Counted from the stretch's first letter, positions 11,301 to 20,725 are shown. The stretch: DNA of 64,000 nt from Bacteroidia bacterium (GCA_036274495.1 DASUFP010000039.1:11303-75302), one strand, 5' to 3'. Notes: generated by a model from the sequence alone, not told the origin. A program made the numbers and translations.

Positions 11301-14300
11301 TTGATGATGCAGGATTACCGACTACCGTTATATAATTGGGTATAGTAAGTGTATCTATCTTACCTGGAAAAGTTGCAATTAATGTGACATCGTATATTCC
11401 TGGAGTATTATATACAATTGATGGGTTGGGCAAAGTTGATGTTGAAGGTATACCTCCTGGGAATTGCCACATAACATTTGAAGCTACTGTAGATTGATTA
11501 ATAAATTCAACTATACCATTTGCACAAATCGAAGTATTATTGGCACCAATTCCTGCTATAAATATTGAAGTATCGCTATAGATGTGAATCGGCACAAATG
11601 CGGTAACACCATTATAAGACAGATTTAGAATAGAATCTCCTTGATTTTTTCCAATAATGAAGCCTTGTCCTAAATGCTGCGCAAGATTAGTGTCCAATGA
11701 AATTTGTAGATTTGGGTCATATGAAATATCTCTAATAATCCCATCACTAAATATTCCTTTGATATTTAATTTAGCAATGAGTCCTACAGTTAGTTCAAGC
11801 ACATTCGGTTCGGCGAATATTGAATCAATATAAGCATTGGTATTAACATTAATTTTTATTGAATCCAAACAGGTATAATTCAATGTATCACCACCCAAAC
11901 TAACCAAGTTGACTATTCCAATAGCTTCTTGAGGAATTATATAACTATACGTAAGATGTGCAGTGATAGAATCATGAAATTCCGGTTCAATAAAATTATT
12001 TCCGGCACCAAATAAAATTTTATTTACATTTCCATGACCTTGTACAGATACTGCAATTGTATCTCCAGCATTAAAACTTTGATAATTGCTTGGAAATTGA
12101 AAAGTTACACTATCGAGTAATGGCATTGAATATTGTATCGGCAATGAAACATTAATGGTTGCTGGATTAGGTTGAGGTTCATTAATTAGCCCTGGCTCAA
12201 ATCCATCCATTGTAAACTTTGATAAATCAATTGGACTACTATTAATTAAATCCGTTAATACTCCCAAGATGCTTGGATTTGATGAAGCTCCCATGTGGCA
12301 CTGGTCGCTATAATCAGTGTTACTAATTTGAAAGCTGGATTCTTGCGAATGAACATCTACGATGTTGTCATTCTCTTCGCCATTAAATATATCATGAACT
12401 GAATATGCATTTGCTGCAGCAAAAATAACAGCTCTGCAACCTCCATTTGATTCCAATATATTCTCATCTTGATTAGTTGAAATCAAATTTGAAGGCACTT
12501 TGTTCTGAATAGCAGTAGGAATATTTAAATTTGAAATTGCAGTACTATTTACTCTCAAATCTTCTATAGCCCCTTTATAAGGATTTCTTCCAGTTAGAAA
12601 CAGCATCGTTCTTACTTGGTCGTTATCTGGCCAACCTATGTTTCCATCAGGCCAATTCAAGTAATTTGCCATTTGAGAACCATAATGAGGTGTATTGACA
12701 GTAAGAAGTTTTTGAATTTCACCTTTATAATTTGAGCTTTGCAAATATAATCTTGCAAGTACTCCTCCCATGCTATGAGCAATTACTACTAATTTACCAC
12801 AGGAAAAATAATTTTGTCTTGCTTTATAAAATAAGTCTGTTCTACCATTTATTATTACAAATCTGTTTTGATTAAAATAGACATCATTTGTTGATTTATA
12901 ATCTAATCGAAGTGTAAGAAAGTTAGTTTGGTAGTTTACATCATTTGAGAATACGTTTCCAGGATATAAATTCGTAACAAGCAATTCCATTTCAAACTCC
13001 TTAAATGCATCTCTATCCCCCCACAATCCATGAACCATCATCAATGGAGCCCTATAAATGTGAATAGGGAAATTTATACCAGATATTGGTGTATTGCCAT
13101 TATATATTATTTGTAAGCTGCATTCTCTTTTTAATTGACTCAGCTCCATATATGTCGGATGATGATAAACGAATTCCAATTCATTTGTTCCAATTACTGT
13201 AGGTGTATCGAAATATCCATATTTCTCAATGTCGTTTTGAATTTGACCATTTTCATTAAGTAATCTCAAGTTAATTGTTGAAATATCTGTTGCAAAAACT
13301 CGAATTCTGGTCGCAGCAGAACCATCGGCACAGATTTTAACTGGATTTGATGTGGCAAATGGGCTACCAGCATAAAGTGTTAATGGCTGAGCAAGTGCAG
13401 GAATATTGCTAACTTGATTGATAAAAGTGATATCATTAACAGATGGAGGCAGAGTATTTACCGTCGCATATCCATAGTCACAATCATTACAGGTAGACTC
13501 GAACCCATTTATATAAACTTTACATGCATAATTGCCACTCACAGTTGCCGTGAATGAAGCATTTGCACCAAGAGCCGTTCCAGTACAAGAAGTTCCTGCA
13601 TACCATTTATACGCATAACTTCCACCTGAGCCTCCTGTAGCGATGCAAGTCATTAGTACTGACCCAGTCCCTGTATTATCATTTACATTTGAAGTTGGGC
13701 TTGAACAAGAAGATGTTATGGTTGCCATTCCATAGTCACAGGAAAAACAAGTTGATTCAAATCCTGAAATATATGCTTTGCAGGCATAGTTTCCGGATAC
13801 AGTTGTGAGATAAGTTGAGTTCGTTCCAATAGGAATTCCGGAACATGAAGTGCCACTATACCATTTGTAAAGAACACTACCACCAGACCCACCGGAAGTG
13901 ATGCATGTTAAAGTTACATTTGGATTGCCTGAACTATTATTCACTGTTGCAATAGGTGAAGTACAACCACCTGGTGCAATTAAATAGGGTCCACCACTGG
14001 TCATACCATCACTTACCCATCCGGTCAATTTTTGTGTTGTTCCTCCACTACTTGTATAGCAATTTGGTGTCAAATAAACTTCATACCAATTGTCCCCATT
14101 GATAACTTGTGGAGAAGAGGTGGTTCTTGCAAGCTTTTGATTTGGCTCAAAAGAAGCCCATTGGTAAGCATAACCAGTATTATATATCCATGTTTGTGAC
14201 CCGTTTGCAGAATTTTTGATTAATACTCCATTGATTGCGCTTGGCTGAACAATTAAATAATTATTTGGTGTACTGGAAATCCCAAAGAAATTTGTAGCCA

Positions 14301-14565
14301 CAAATGCCGTTGTAGGGTATCCTGCTTGTCCATGTGCATTAGGTATATCAAATTCGTACCAAGTATAACCACAGTTTGAACCAGTTGTGTTTATTACCAC
14401 AAATGAATGAGGGTCATTAACTTGTCCAAAAGATGTTGCTGACGTGCAATTTGCAGCACGGATATTTACATTTGTTCCATTGCATTTGTAGACAGATTGG
14501 GCAAAGGAATTTGAAAAAAGCAAGCAAAGATTAACTATTGTTAAAACGAGTGTTATACCTTTCAT
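8326..14565 (-). CDS. Giant (2079 aa) T9SS-secreted protein with an alpha/beta-hydrolase (lipase-like GxSxG) domain, beta-propeller-like repeats and multiple Ig-like repeats
   Basis: N-terminal signal peptide MKGITLVLTIVNLCLLFSNSFAQ. The AHSMGG nucleophile elbow lies in the central region. Repeated ...YQWxKxG..I.GATxSxYTAxxxGxYxVxVTxxNGC... Ig-like modules follow. The C-terminus IYPNPTSGSFTLEL...YLGALQIGAKKYYFKFVV is a T9SS C-terminal domain. Confidence 0.75.
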   Translation of the reverse strand: MKGITLVLTIVNLCLLFSNSFAQSVYKCNGTNVNIRAANCTSATSFGQVNDPHSFVVINTTGSNCGYTWYEFDIPNAHGQAGYPTTAFVATNFFGISSTPNNYLIVQPSAINGVLIKNSANGSQTWIYNTGYAYQWASFEPNQKLARTTSSPQVINGDNWYEVYLTPNCYTSSGGTTQKLTGWVSDGMTSGGPYLIAPGGCTSPIATVNNSSGNPNVTLTCITSGGSGGSVLYKWYSGTSCSGIPIGTNSTYLTTVSGNYACKAYISGFESTCFSCDYGMATITSSCSSPTSNVNDNTGTGSVLMTCIATGGSGGSYAYKWYAGTSCTGTALGANASFTATVSGNYACKVYINGFESTCNDCDYGYATVNTLPPSVNDITFINQVSNIPALAQPLTLYAGSPFATSNPVKICADGSAATRIRVFATDISTINLRLLNENGQIQNDIEKYGYFDTPTVIGTNELEFVYHHPTYMELSQLKRECSLQIIYNGNTPISGINFPIHIYRAPLMMVHGLWGDRDAFKEFEMELLVTNLYPGNVFSNDVNYQTNFLTLRLDYKSTNDVYFNQNRFVIINGRTDLFYKARQNYFSCGKLVVIAHSMGGVLARLYLQSSNYKGEIQKLLTVNTPHYGSQMANYLNWPDGNIGWPDNDQVRTMLFLTGRNPYKGAIEDLRVNSTAISNLNIPTAIQNKVPSNLISTNQDENILESNGGCRAVIFAAANAYSVHDIFNGEENDNIVDVHSQESSFQISNTDYSDQCHMGASSNPSILGVLTDLINSSPIDLSKFTMDGFEPGLINEPQPNPATINVSLPIQYSMPLLDSVTFQFPSNYQSFNAGDTIAVSVQGHGNVNKILFGAGNNFIEPEFHDSITAHLTYSYIIPQEAIGIVNLVSLGGDTLNYTCLDSIKINVNTNAYIDSIFAEPNVLELTVGLIAKLNIKGIFSDGIIRDISYDPNLQISLDTNLAQHLGQGFIIGKNQGDSILNLSYNGVTAFVPIHIYSDTSIFIAGIGANNTSICANGIVEFINQSTVASNVMWQFPGGIPSTSTLPNPSIVYNTPGIYDVTLIATFPGKIDTLTIPNYITVVGNPASSITPLSSTTFCSGNSVIIQTDTGSTNTYSWLKDGIEIQGASSDSYTATTGGNYQVIVTNNSGCSSTSSFLPVTVHSLPQAVATPLSSTYFCAGGSVVLNANTGLGLTYQWTKYGNAINGATTSSYTASTTGSYKVRVTDSNGCSKNSAPVLVTSISAPPASITPAGTTTICAGSSLALNANVGTGYTYKWYRYSNVVDSTSGSTYLATSAGKYRVLVTDSNGCFRKSQPVEIFVVPKPAASITASGATTFCAGGNVTLSANQGSGLTYQWYKYSNPLNGATASTYQATATGNYKVEVTNSSGCKKKSNPILVTVLPLPTATITPSVDTGFCTGDSVLLSTGTGTGYTYQWKRYGNNISGATNQTYYASMAGAYKVTITGPNGCTRNSPTIIVSGPPSATITVNGSSSICPPDSVELVAPIGNAYSYQWKENNIDILGETAQSLWVKDSGQYSVTVTNGFNCSRVSVVTTISQLCPAISFQRQVNNAFALTDAFQNVDQGYTITGLYNNISNQTGDALIIKTDAHGVSQGNAHNWTTGTIYSWNILPTNGGGTSSAGQLIYNAGINSYTGGILMHANSAGVIANGFLIKDPNFVNPAYQATFNKVINMTSNANLVCGKLYFPATFEYKAMVAKIGSSGSLDWINNFGTIDGYSSSISDIIQFNNEIVAIGTVEQYDAGNGFYDGFLFLKYDTLGNLLENKAHFNISDQIGGGSIVKSIEGGYMVMGTYNNKFALMKLGANGSLTWSKWISNPISISSSYERGEIVQADNGDYVISFSGNVSGYGSQILLIRTTSTGVLIWSKAYGDVLTDEHASSLTKCQDGGYFISGHILDSGTQTGYIVKVDSTGNSGCNQLNISSTLTNLNLQTNNPGIISNEGDLANFTSLNSGTLTSSELAICISPRLVNSDSNNNLAIYPNPTSGSFTLELHVEKSFNTNLEIYTIEGKLAGGTRSLRLTPEESTYLVDVKNLNDGIYLGALQIGAKKYYFKFVVAR

Positions 14566-14813
14566 GTGGTTTTCGGTTAGGTGATTGATGAAAGATTTTA
14601 ATGATTACAGGTGTTAATAAAATCTTGGTCATAAGATTATAAAATATCCATGTAACTATCAATACCCGAATACATTGCTCCTTTAAATTACCTATATAGA
14701 TTAAAAACACTATTATATTAATATTCAATGCTTTACCACAAATGGCCTTAATCTCACCATATCCCAATCCCAAATTAAATTGAATTATCATTCATTAAGG
14801 ACTATTATATTTT

Positions 14814-15614
14814 TTGGCTAAGAAGTACATTTATCGCCTAAATATTGTGATTTTTAGGTTTAGAAAAGTTCAACCCATGAATAATGTCATTCCAATTGTG
14901 ATTGCCTTTCATCCTTCAACCAGCAGATTCATTCACATTGATGAAGCCAGTAATGGACTATCTTGTAATTGTGTTTGCATTCAATGCAATGAAAAGCTTG
15001 AAGCCATACAAGGCAATAAAAGAAAGAGGCATTTCCGGCACCACGTTAATACCAACTGCGTAGGAGCAAAGGAAACTGCCCTTCATGAGTTAGGTAAGCA
15101 AATACTGGTTGAAAATAATCGGATTAATATCCGTAACCATGGTATCATTACATATTCCAATGCAATTGCTGAAAAAAGATTAGAAAAATATCGACCAGAT
15201 GTTACTGCGTTTTATGAAGGTCAACCTATATATTTCGAAATTTTTGTGTCTCATGCTGTTGATAAAGAGAAGGCCAAATTTTTCTCTGACAACAAAATTA
15301 AATCCTTAGAAATTGATTTAAGCAAAAGCTTGACGGCCAATTTTGATGAAATAAAACAAATGGTTTTGGAAAAGACTCAACTGCAAACCGTATTCTATTG
15401 GGAAGATATTTCCGAATTGCCTTTAATTGATAGGAAGTATGATGTCAGATTTTTTGAAAGCCTTATTTTATTCTTAGTTATTCTCTTGGCTTTCATTGGC
15501 ATCCTAAAACTCATGAAAAACAAAAACAAATTAAATTATACCTTCATCGCAAAATCTTCATATCAAAAGCTGAAAAACAAACCTTATGGCCTACGAAAAA
15601 CCTATTACAATTAA
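14814..15614 (+). CDS. CoiA-like family protein (competence protein CoiA-like predicted nuclease) with C-terminal hydrophobic segment. The start could be the downstream Met at 14874
   Basis: Motif LSCNCVCIQCNEKLEAIQGNKRKRHFRHHVNTNCVGAKETALHELGKQIL matches the CoiA N-terminal Zn-ribbon/HFAH/EH signature. The gene overlaps the next gene by 29 bp. Confidence 0.5.
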   Translation: MAKKYIYRLNIVIFRFRKVQPMNNVIPIVIAFHPSTSRFIHIDEASNGLSCNCVCIQCNEKLEAIQGNKRKRHFRHHVNTNCVGAKETALHELGKQILVENNRINIRNHGIITYSNAIAEKRLEKYRPDVTAFYEGQPIYFEIFVSHAVDKEKAKFFSDNKIKSLEIDLSKSLTANFDEIKQMVLEKTQLQTVFYWEDISELPLIDRKYDVRFFESLILFLVILLAFIGILKLMKNKNKLNYTFIAKSSYQKLKNKPYGLRKTYYN

Positions 15615-17361
15615 GGATGCGATTGAGAATATTCAAAAGAAGAAGTACGTTCTTCCATCAATTCAAAGAGAATTTGTATGGGAGGCAAATCAAATTGAAA
15701 AATTATTTGATTCTCTGCTTAGAGACTATCCTATTAGCACTTTTCTATTCTGGAATGTTGAAAAACTAAAAATTAATGAATTTCAATTTTATGAGTTTCT
15801 TCAACATTACCATGAGCGTGATGCGACTCATAACCCAAAGGCATCTTTAGCTAATGACGAGGATGTAATTGCAATTCTTGATGGACAACAACGCTTAACT
15901 TCACTTTTCATAGCCTTGAAGGGCACATATGCTGAAAAATTACCATATTATTCCTGGGATAGCAATAAAGCTTTCCCCAAGAAAAAGTTATACATTAACT
16001 TAATTAAGGAAGCCGAAGATGTTGAAATGTTATACAATTTTAAGTTCCTAACTGAAGAGGAAATCAAAAATCAATCTGACGGCTTTTATTGGTATGAAGT
16101 AAGTAATATTTTCGACATCAAGGAATATCCAGATGTAATGACCTTTTTAATTTCGAGTGGATTGACTGATTCCTCCAAATATACAGATGAACAGATTCGA
16201 TTCTCTATGAATACCATGAATAATCTGTATAATGCTATTCATCAAAAAGGAACAATTAATTTCTACCTGGAGCGAAGTGATAAACTTGATAAAGTGTTAC
16301 AGATATTCATCAGAATTAACAGTGGTGGAACAAAATTGAGTTATTCTGATTTATTATTGTCTGTAGCAACTGCACAATGGCAAGAAAAAGATGCCAGGCA
16401 AGAAATTCATGATTTTGTTGACGAATTAAATGGTATAGGCCAAGGTTTTGATTTTGACAAAGATTTCGTTTTAAAATCCTGCTTAGTATTAGGGGATTTT
16501 AATGATGTAAAATTTAAAGTTGACAATTTTACTAAAACCAATATGCTAAAGATTGAGTCTCTGTGGAATAATATTACTCAATCTGTTTACACCGCAGTAA
16601 AATTGGTATCAAATTTTGGATTTAATCGTTCAACCCTTACATCCGCAAACACCCTCATTCCAATTGCATACTATTTAATGAAGAATAATCATGACGAGGC
16701 CTTTTTGACCAAGACCAAGTTTGAGCTTGAACGACAAAAAATACGACAATGGCTTCTTAGAGTATTACTCAAAAGAGTTTTTAGTGGCACACCTGATAAT
16801 CTTTACCCACAATTAAGAAAACTTATCAATGACGGCAATGGCGAATTCCCTCTCCAATCAATAATTGAATTTTATAGAGGCACAAATAAGAGTATAATAT
16901 ATAATTCAGATGATATAAACACTCTTGTTGAAATGGAATATGGAAACAAGTTTTCGTTTGCTGCTTTAGCAATAATTTATCCGGAACTGAACCTCGTTCA
17001 TACGTTTCATATGGACCACATCCATCCAAAAAAATTCTTTAGTGAAGTAAAGCTCAAGAAGAGGGGTATAATTCCCGAACACATTAAATTCTTCCTTGAA
17101 AATTATAACAAACTGAGTAATATTCAACTATTGGAAGGCAATTTGAACAAACAAAAAAATGGAACAGAATTATCCTCATGGTTAAATGATAATTTCAAAA
17201 CCAGCTCAGCATCTCAAGCATTTAAAATGCTTCATATGATACCTGAAAACATTTCTTTAGAATTGGATAATTTTCAGCAATTCTACAATGTGAGAAAATC
17301 GCTATTGGTAAACAAGTTTTCGGAAATATTACTTGACCCAACACATGCAAATGCAAATTAA
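15586..17361 (+). CDS. GmrSD-family type IV (modification-dependent) restriction endonuclease (DUF262 ParB-like NTPase + DUF1524 His-Me nuclease)
   Basis: N-terminus YVLPSIQREFVWEANQIEKLFDSLLRDYPISTFLFW is the DUF262 signature. C-terminal HMDHIHPK is the DUF1524 HNH-like motif. Confidence 0.75.
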   Translation: MAYEKPITIKDAIENIQKKKYVLPSIQREFVWEANQIEKLFDSLLRDYPISTFLFWNVEKLKINEFQFYEFLQHYHERDATHNPKASLANDEDVIAILDGQQRLTSLFIALKGTYAEKLPYYSWDSNKAFPKKKLYINLIKEAEDVEMLYNFKFLTEEEIKNQSDGFYWYEVSNIFDIKEYPDVMTFLISSGLTDSSKYTDEQIRFSMNTMNNLYNAIHQKGTINFYLERSDKLDKVLQIFIRINSGGTKLSYSDLLLSVATAQWQEKDARQEIHDFVDELNGIGQGFDFDKDFVLKSCLVLGDFNDVKFKVDNFTKTNMLKIESLWNNITQSVYTAVKLVSNFGFNRSTLTSANTLIPIAYYLMKNNHDEAFLTKTKFELERQKIRQWLLRVLLKRVFSGTPDNLYPQLRKLINDGNGEFPLQSIIEFYRGTNKSIIYNSDDINTLVEMEYGNKFSFAALAIIYPELNLVHTFHMDHIHPKKFFSEVKLKKRGIIPEHIKFFLENYNKLSNIQLLEGNLNKQKNGTELSSWLNDNFKTSSASQAFKMLHMIPENISLELDNFQQFYNVRKSLLVNKFSEILLDPTHANAN

Positions 17362-17411
17362 TTGACCTTTCACTATAACTTTATTAGATGCTCAAAAACA
17401 ATAAATATAAA

Positions 17412-18278
17412 TTATTCGGAATTCAACCGTTTAATATTTTTTGATAATGAAATCTGATTCATAAAATCCATTAAAAACCCATGGAATTTTAAATAGTATA
17501 AATATGGGGCACTTTCCACTCTATTAATTATTTGTTTTTGAGTATCATATTGCATACCTCCCCTATGAGTTTTGTTTCTCATCAATTTAATCTCTTCAAA
17601 GGTCAACAGAATGTCCTTAAATCGTTCTTCAGACAATACTTCCTCGTCAAAGTATAAGTAATACACCAGAAGTCGGAATCTTTGAAGAATCTCCTTGATG
17701 TCATTTTTCGTGGCATCTTTGAAATAATTGTCATAATCCGCTCCAGTATAATATTTATTACTTGGCTTAAATTTTATTCTTAGAATTGTTGACTCCAAAG
17801 AAAACCCTTTCCTTGATTTATCCTGCTGCTGGGTAATTTTATTATACCAAGTATTGGTAATCAGTTGTAACTTTCTATCTAATTTAAATTTATCAAATAA
17901 AGTTGAGTTTTCATAAATTGCATTTATAACACACTCCAGTTGCTGATATATGGAAACACAAAATCGCTCAAAATCATCCCTTCGTTTTTGATGTTCCATT
18001 TCAACAAAATCACTAACCAATTTTCTTTGAACTTCCGTTGACAATAGGTTATAAATACCTAAACATCCATAAAATTCCTGAGCTTGCTTGAATATGACCG
18101 GCTCCACTGCCTGTTCATGCACCAACCTTATAACTGAATTAGCAAATTCCTTCCCTGCCAGAGTGTAGAACTTCTCCTTAGCAGAAATTACATCTGAATG
18201 CTCCTTACCCAGTGTCCGTTCAAGAATATCTATTTGCTCTTGAATATCCATTAAGAATCGCAGCCTGTTCAATTCCAT
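17412..18278 (-). CDS. Retron-associated hypothetical protein (candidate effector), translationally coupled to the reverse transcriptase. No recognizable domain
   Basis: The start codon overlaps the RT stop at 18278. The 288-aa protein is alpha-helical and unassigned. Confidence 0.5.
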   Translation of the reverse strand: MELNRLRFLMDIQEQIDILERTLGKEHSDVISAKEKFYTLAGKEFANSVIRLVHEQAVEPVIFKQAQEFYGCLGIYNLLSTEVQRKLVSDFVEMEHQKRRDDFERFCVSIYQQLECVINAIYENSTLFDKFKLDRKLQLITNTWYNKITQQQDKSRKGFSLESTILRIKFKPSNKYYTGADYDNYFKDATKNDIKEILQRFRLLVYYLYFDEEVLSEERFKDILLTFEEIKLMRNKTHRGGMQYDTQKQIINRVESAPYLYYLKFHGFLMDFMNQISLSKNIKRLNSE

Positions 18279-19450
18279 TACAATTTATATTTTAACATAG
18301 CATTTTCTACCCCTTCAGATTCCCATATATTCAATATTTCAAGAATTGATTTGGTTTCAACATTCGAGTTTAAATCAATTGAAACGGATTCTGGTGTTTT
18401 CATTACCAGGCTCTGGTATTTCTCAAGCATTCGCTTTACAATAACATCATCCTTGCCTCTCACCATACTGATAAAATCAATCCGGCCCTTTAAAACATTG
18501 GTCAAGGACTTTCTTGTTGAATCTATCAGATAAACCTTGGTTTTATCAATATCTGAATTTAGTCGCTTTTGTGCGAATTCAAACCCAAAGCTATCCCATA
18601 CATATAATAGTAATCTGGTATAACCCATGTAACTTTGATTAACGTTCACTTTCCTATTAACAATTAAGCCGGTTACTTCCTGGCGATTTTTCCACGATTG
18701 TAGGCGTACTTTAGTTTCATTGATATTATACTTTTCATCCTTCACTATTTTTTCAATTTTGTCGATGAAGTCATCAATGAAAATATCTTTGTTCGAAGAA
18801 AATGTTATATCATCAGCATACCTCGAATACCTACATCCATTCTCTTTACTAAGCTTAAACAATTTTCGGTCGAGCCTTTGGCAGACAATATTCGTTAATA
18901 TTGGTGATGTAGGAGCCCCTTGCGGTAGAACCCCATTTTCACAACATAGGTTTGCAATCAAAAATGCAAGCGGCTCTTTATCTCCGGAGAGATTGAATGG
19001 GTTTAACCCTAAAACCGTTTTGACACGACGGAAATCTGTTGAAGGAAAGAATTCCTTTAAATCAATATTGTAAACAAATGCTTTATCTACATGAATCTTC
19101 GCATTATGGACAATACTTTTTTGATAAACAAATCCGGTAGCACAATGGTGAGGATTAAAAATAGCAGTAAAAATAACTGAAATGGCTTTCTGTAATAATT
19201 TCAGCGAAGCTATAGGAGCAGAAATATCTCTTGTATCACCATTCTTCTTTGGAATTTGAAATGTTTTATAGCGGGAGTTCTTTTTAAAAGCAAGGAATCG
19301 TAGAGTTTTAGCCTCAAACTTAATAGGCTTTTTTACATTTGGGTAAAGCTTTCCTAAAACATGATTAATTAATCCCGTCAGTTGCTTTTCATTTAACACC
19401 TGGGGATACCGTTTCCGAATTTCGTTTAATAATTCCTTTTCAATTTTCAT
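18278..19450 (-). CDS. ret: Retron-type reverse transcriptase
   Basis: RT motifs FQIPKKNGDTRDISAP, LPQGAPTSP and YSRYADDITFSS (YADD). Retron-specific NAxxH (VHNAKIH) and VTG (RQEVTGLIVN) motifs are present. The true start is the Met of MKIEKE at 19450 (the track ORF extends upstream into the ncRNA). Confidence 0.8.
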   Translation of the reverse strand: MKIEKELLNEIRKRYPQVLNEKQLTGLINHVLGKLYPNVKKPIKFEAKTLRFLAFKKNSRYKTFQIPKKNGDTRDISAPIASLKLLQKAISVIFTAIFNPHHCATGFVYQKSIVHNAKIHVDKAFVYNIDLKEFFPSTDFRRVKTVLGLNPFNLSGDKEPLAFLIANLCCENGVLPQGAPTSPILTNIVCQRLDRKLFKLSKENGCRYSRYADDITFSSNKDIFIDDFIDKIEKIVKDEKYNINETKVRLQSWKNRQEVTGLIVNRKVNVNQSYMGYTRLLLYVWDSFGFEFAQKRLNSDIDKTKVYLIDSTRKSLTNVLKGRIDFISMVRGKDDVIVKRMLEKYQSLVMKTPESVSIDLNSNVETKSILEILNIWESEGVENAMLKYKL

Positions 19451-19453
19451 AAA

Positions 19454-19649
19454 ATGGGTGCCCGATGGATTTTCTCTTATGGATGAACACAGCCTTTCTT
19501 TCAAAAAAAAGAAAAACTTTAAGCATGTAATGAAACTGTTCTTCCAGGTTTTCAACGCCAAAGTGCGAGCGCAGAATCCACGTAGGAACATTACAAATAA
19601 CCATCAGCAATCGTGATGTAGAATCAAAATCTCTTATTCGGGCACCCAT
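19454..19649 (-). ncRNA. msr-msd: Retron msr-msd non-coding RNA (candidate) bounded by 12-bp a1/a2 inverted repeats
   Basis: The inverted repeat atgggtgcccga (19454-19465) and tcgggcacccat (19638-19649) flanks ~170 nt immediately upstream of the RT start, as in known retrons. Confidence 0.5.
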
Positions 19650-19679
19650 GATACACACAATGATAAATAAAATAATCAA

Positions 19680-20666
19680 TTAATTTAGAAAGGTTGGGGG
19701 ATTGATTCTCAAATGATTAGTAAGTTTTTGTGTGCCAGGTAAACTCTGTCCACCATCATACCACCTCTGGTCTGCAGCAGCAATCTTCTTCATCCGGGCT
19801 TCCCCAATCTTCTCAATCATTTTAACCTTCCGGTCATAGTTTGATTCCGGGTGCTTCATTTTTAGTAAAACCACCAGAAATTCTACCATCATCAATAGTC
19901 CGGTAAAAATGAAATACATGATTCCCATAGCCCAGTCTGAAAACACCAGTTCAAACGTAGCCTTAATCCTGTTTAACAACATTCCTTCTCCAAATGAAGC
20001 TCTGACAAGTTGTTCAGAAGAATCCTTTTCGGAATCTGATAGCTGTTGAAGTTTTACCATGTCGGCATTGCGATTCTGGAATTCAGCATACTGTTTATCT
20101 GCTAATAAACTTTTCAAGGCCGTCACTTTTCCACTACCATACTTTCCGGTTCCATATGTACCATCGGATTCAGCTTTAACATCCTGTACCCCTCGTTGCC
20201 AATCCTGGAAAGCAACATCCGATTTCTGTTGCGCTTCGACTATTCTGGCTGCAAAATCCGATTCCACTTTTTTCCTTTCTGCATCGACTTTTACTTCCAA
20301 AGTTTGAGCAAGGTGATGGTCGATATCTTCTTTGAATACAATCTCATCAATGATAACAGAGCCGATTGTTGCAACAAAAAATCCCAGCAGCAATCTGATA
20401 ACACTGATGGTACCACAACAATCAGCAAGTATAATGGAACGGTCAATCAGGAAGACAACAAATCCTGCAATTGAGCCGGCAATAATTCCATTGAATGCTG
20501 ACATATGGAAAATCTGAGTAGCCATACCGTAACCGGTGAGGAACCATAAGATGACAGGGAGAAAAAGTGCGTTAGCAAACATCATCACTTTTTTCTTACT
20601 GGTAGGTGTATCGTTGACTAACATGTTGTAGTCATCGCCGGTGATTTTAGAGGAGAATTTGAGCAT
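19680..20666 (-). CDS. Membrane protein with N- and C-terminal transmembrane helices flanking a coiled-coil region (DUF4407-like architecture)
   Basis: Hydrophobic segments FANALFLPVILWFLTGYG, IIAGSIAGFVVFLI and GIMYFIFTGLLMMVEFLVVLL. The central region is Lys/Glu/Gln-rich and coiled-coil-like. Confidence 0.55.
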   Translation of the reverse strand: MLKFSSKITGDDYNMLVNDTPTSKKKVMMFANALFLPVILWFLTGYGMATQIFHMSAFNGIIAGSIAGFVVFLIDRSIILADCCGTISVIRLLLGFFVATIGSVIIDEIVFKEDIDHHLAQTLEVKVDAERKKVESDFAARIVEAQQKSDVAFQDWQRGVQDVKAESDGTYGTGKYGSGKVTALKSLLADKQYAEFQNRNADMVKLQQLSDSEKDSSEQLVRASFGEGMLLNRIKATFELVFSDWAMGIMYFIFTGLLMMVEFLVVLLKMKHPESNYDRKVKMIEKIGEARMKKIAAADQRWYDGGQSLPGTQKLTNHLRINPPTFLN

Positions 20667-20725
20667 GGTTAATGAGGTTAAAAGGTTAATAATTTTGTTG
20701 GTTGAATCATGTTTTAACAGGGATG

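Noticed and set aside
14531-14791. 86-aa minus-strand ORF overlapping the start of the 2079-aa gene and its upstream region
   Set aside because: It overlaps the signal-peptide region of the giant gene in another frame and the AT-rich divergent promoter region. No support.
17412-18278. HEPN motif in the 288-aa retron partner (MRNKTHRG)
   Set aside because: The Arg-to-His spacing is Rx3H, not the canonical Rx4-6H, so the protein is not called HEPN.
18278-19591. RT as a group II intron or Abi/DRT-type reverse transcriptase; the upstream 47 codons of the track ORF as coding
   Set aside because: There is no maturase/X domain and no intron RNA domains. Retron-specific NAxxH and VTG motifs are present, together with flanking a1/a2 inverted repeats. 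The upstream extension overlaps the a2 repeat and ncRNA, so the start was set at the MKIEKE Met.
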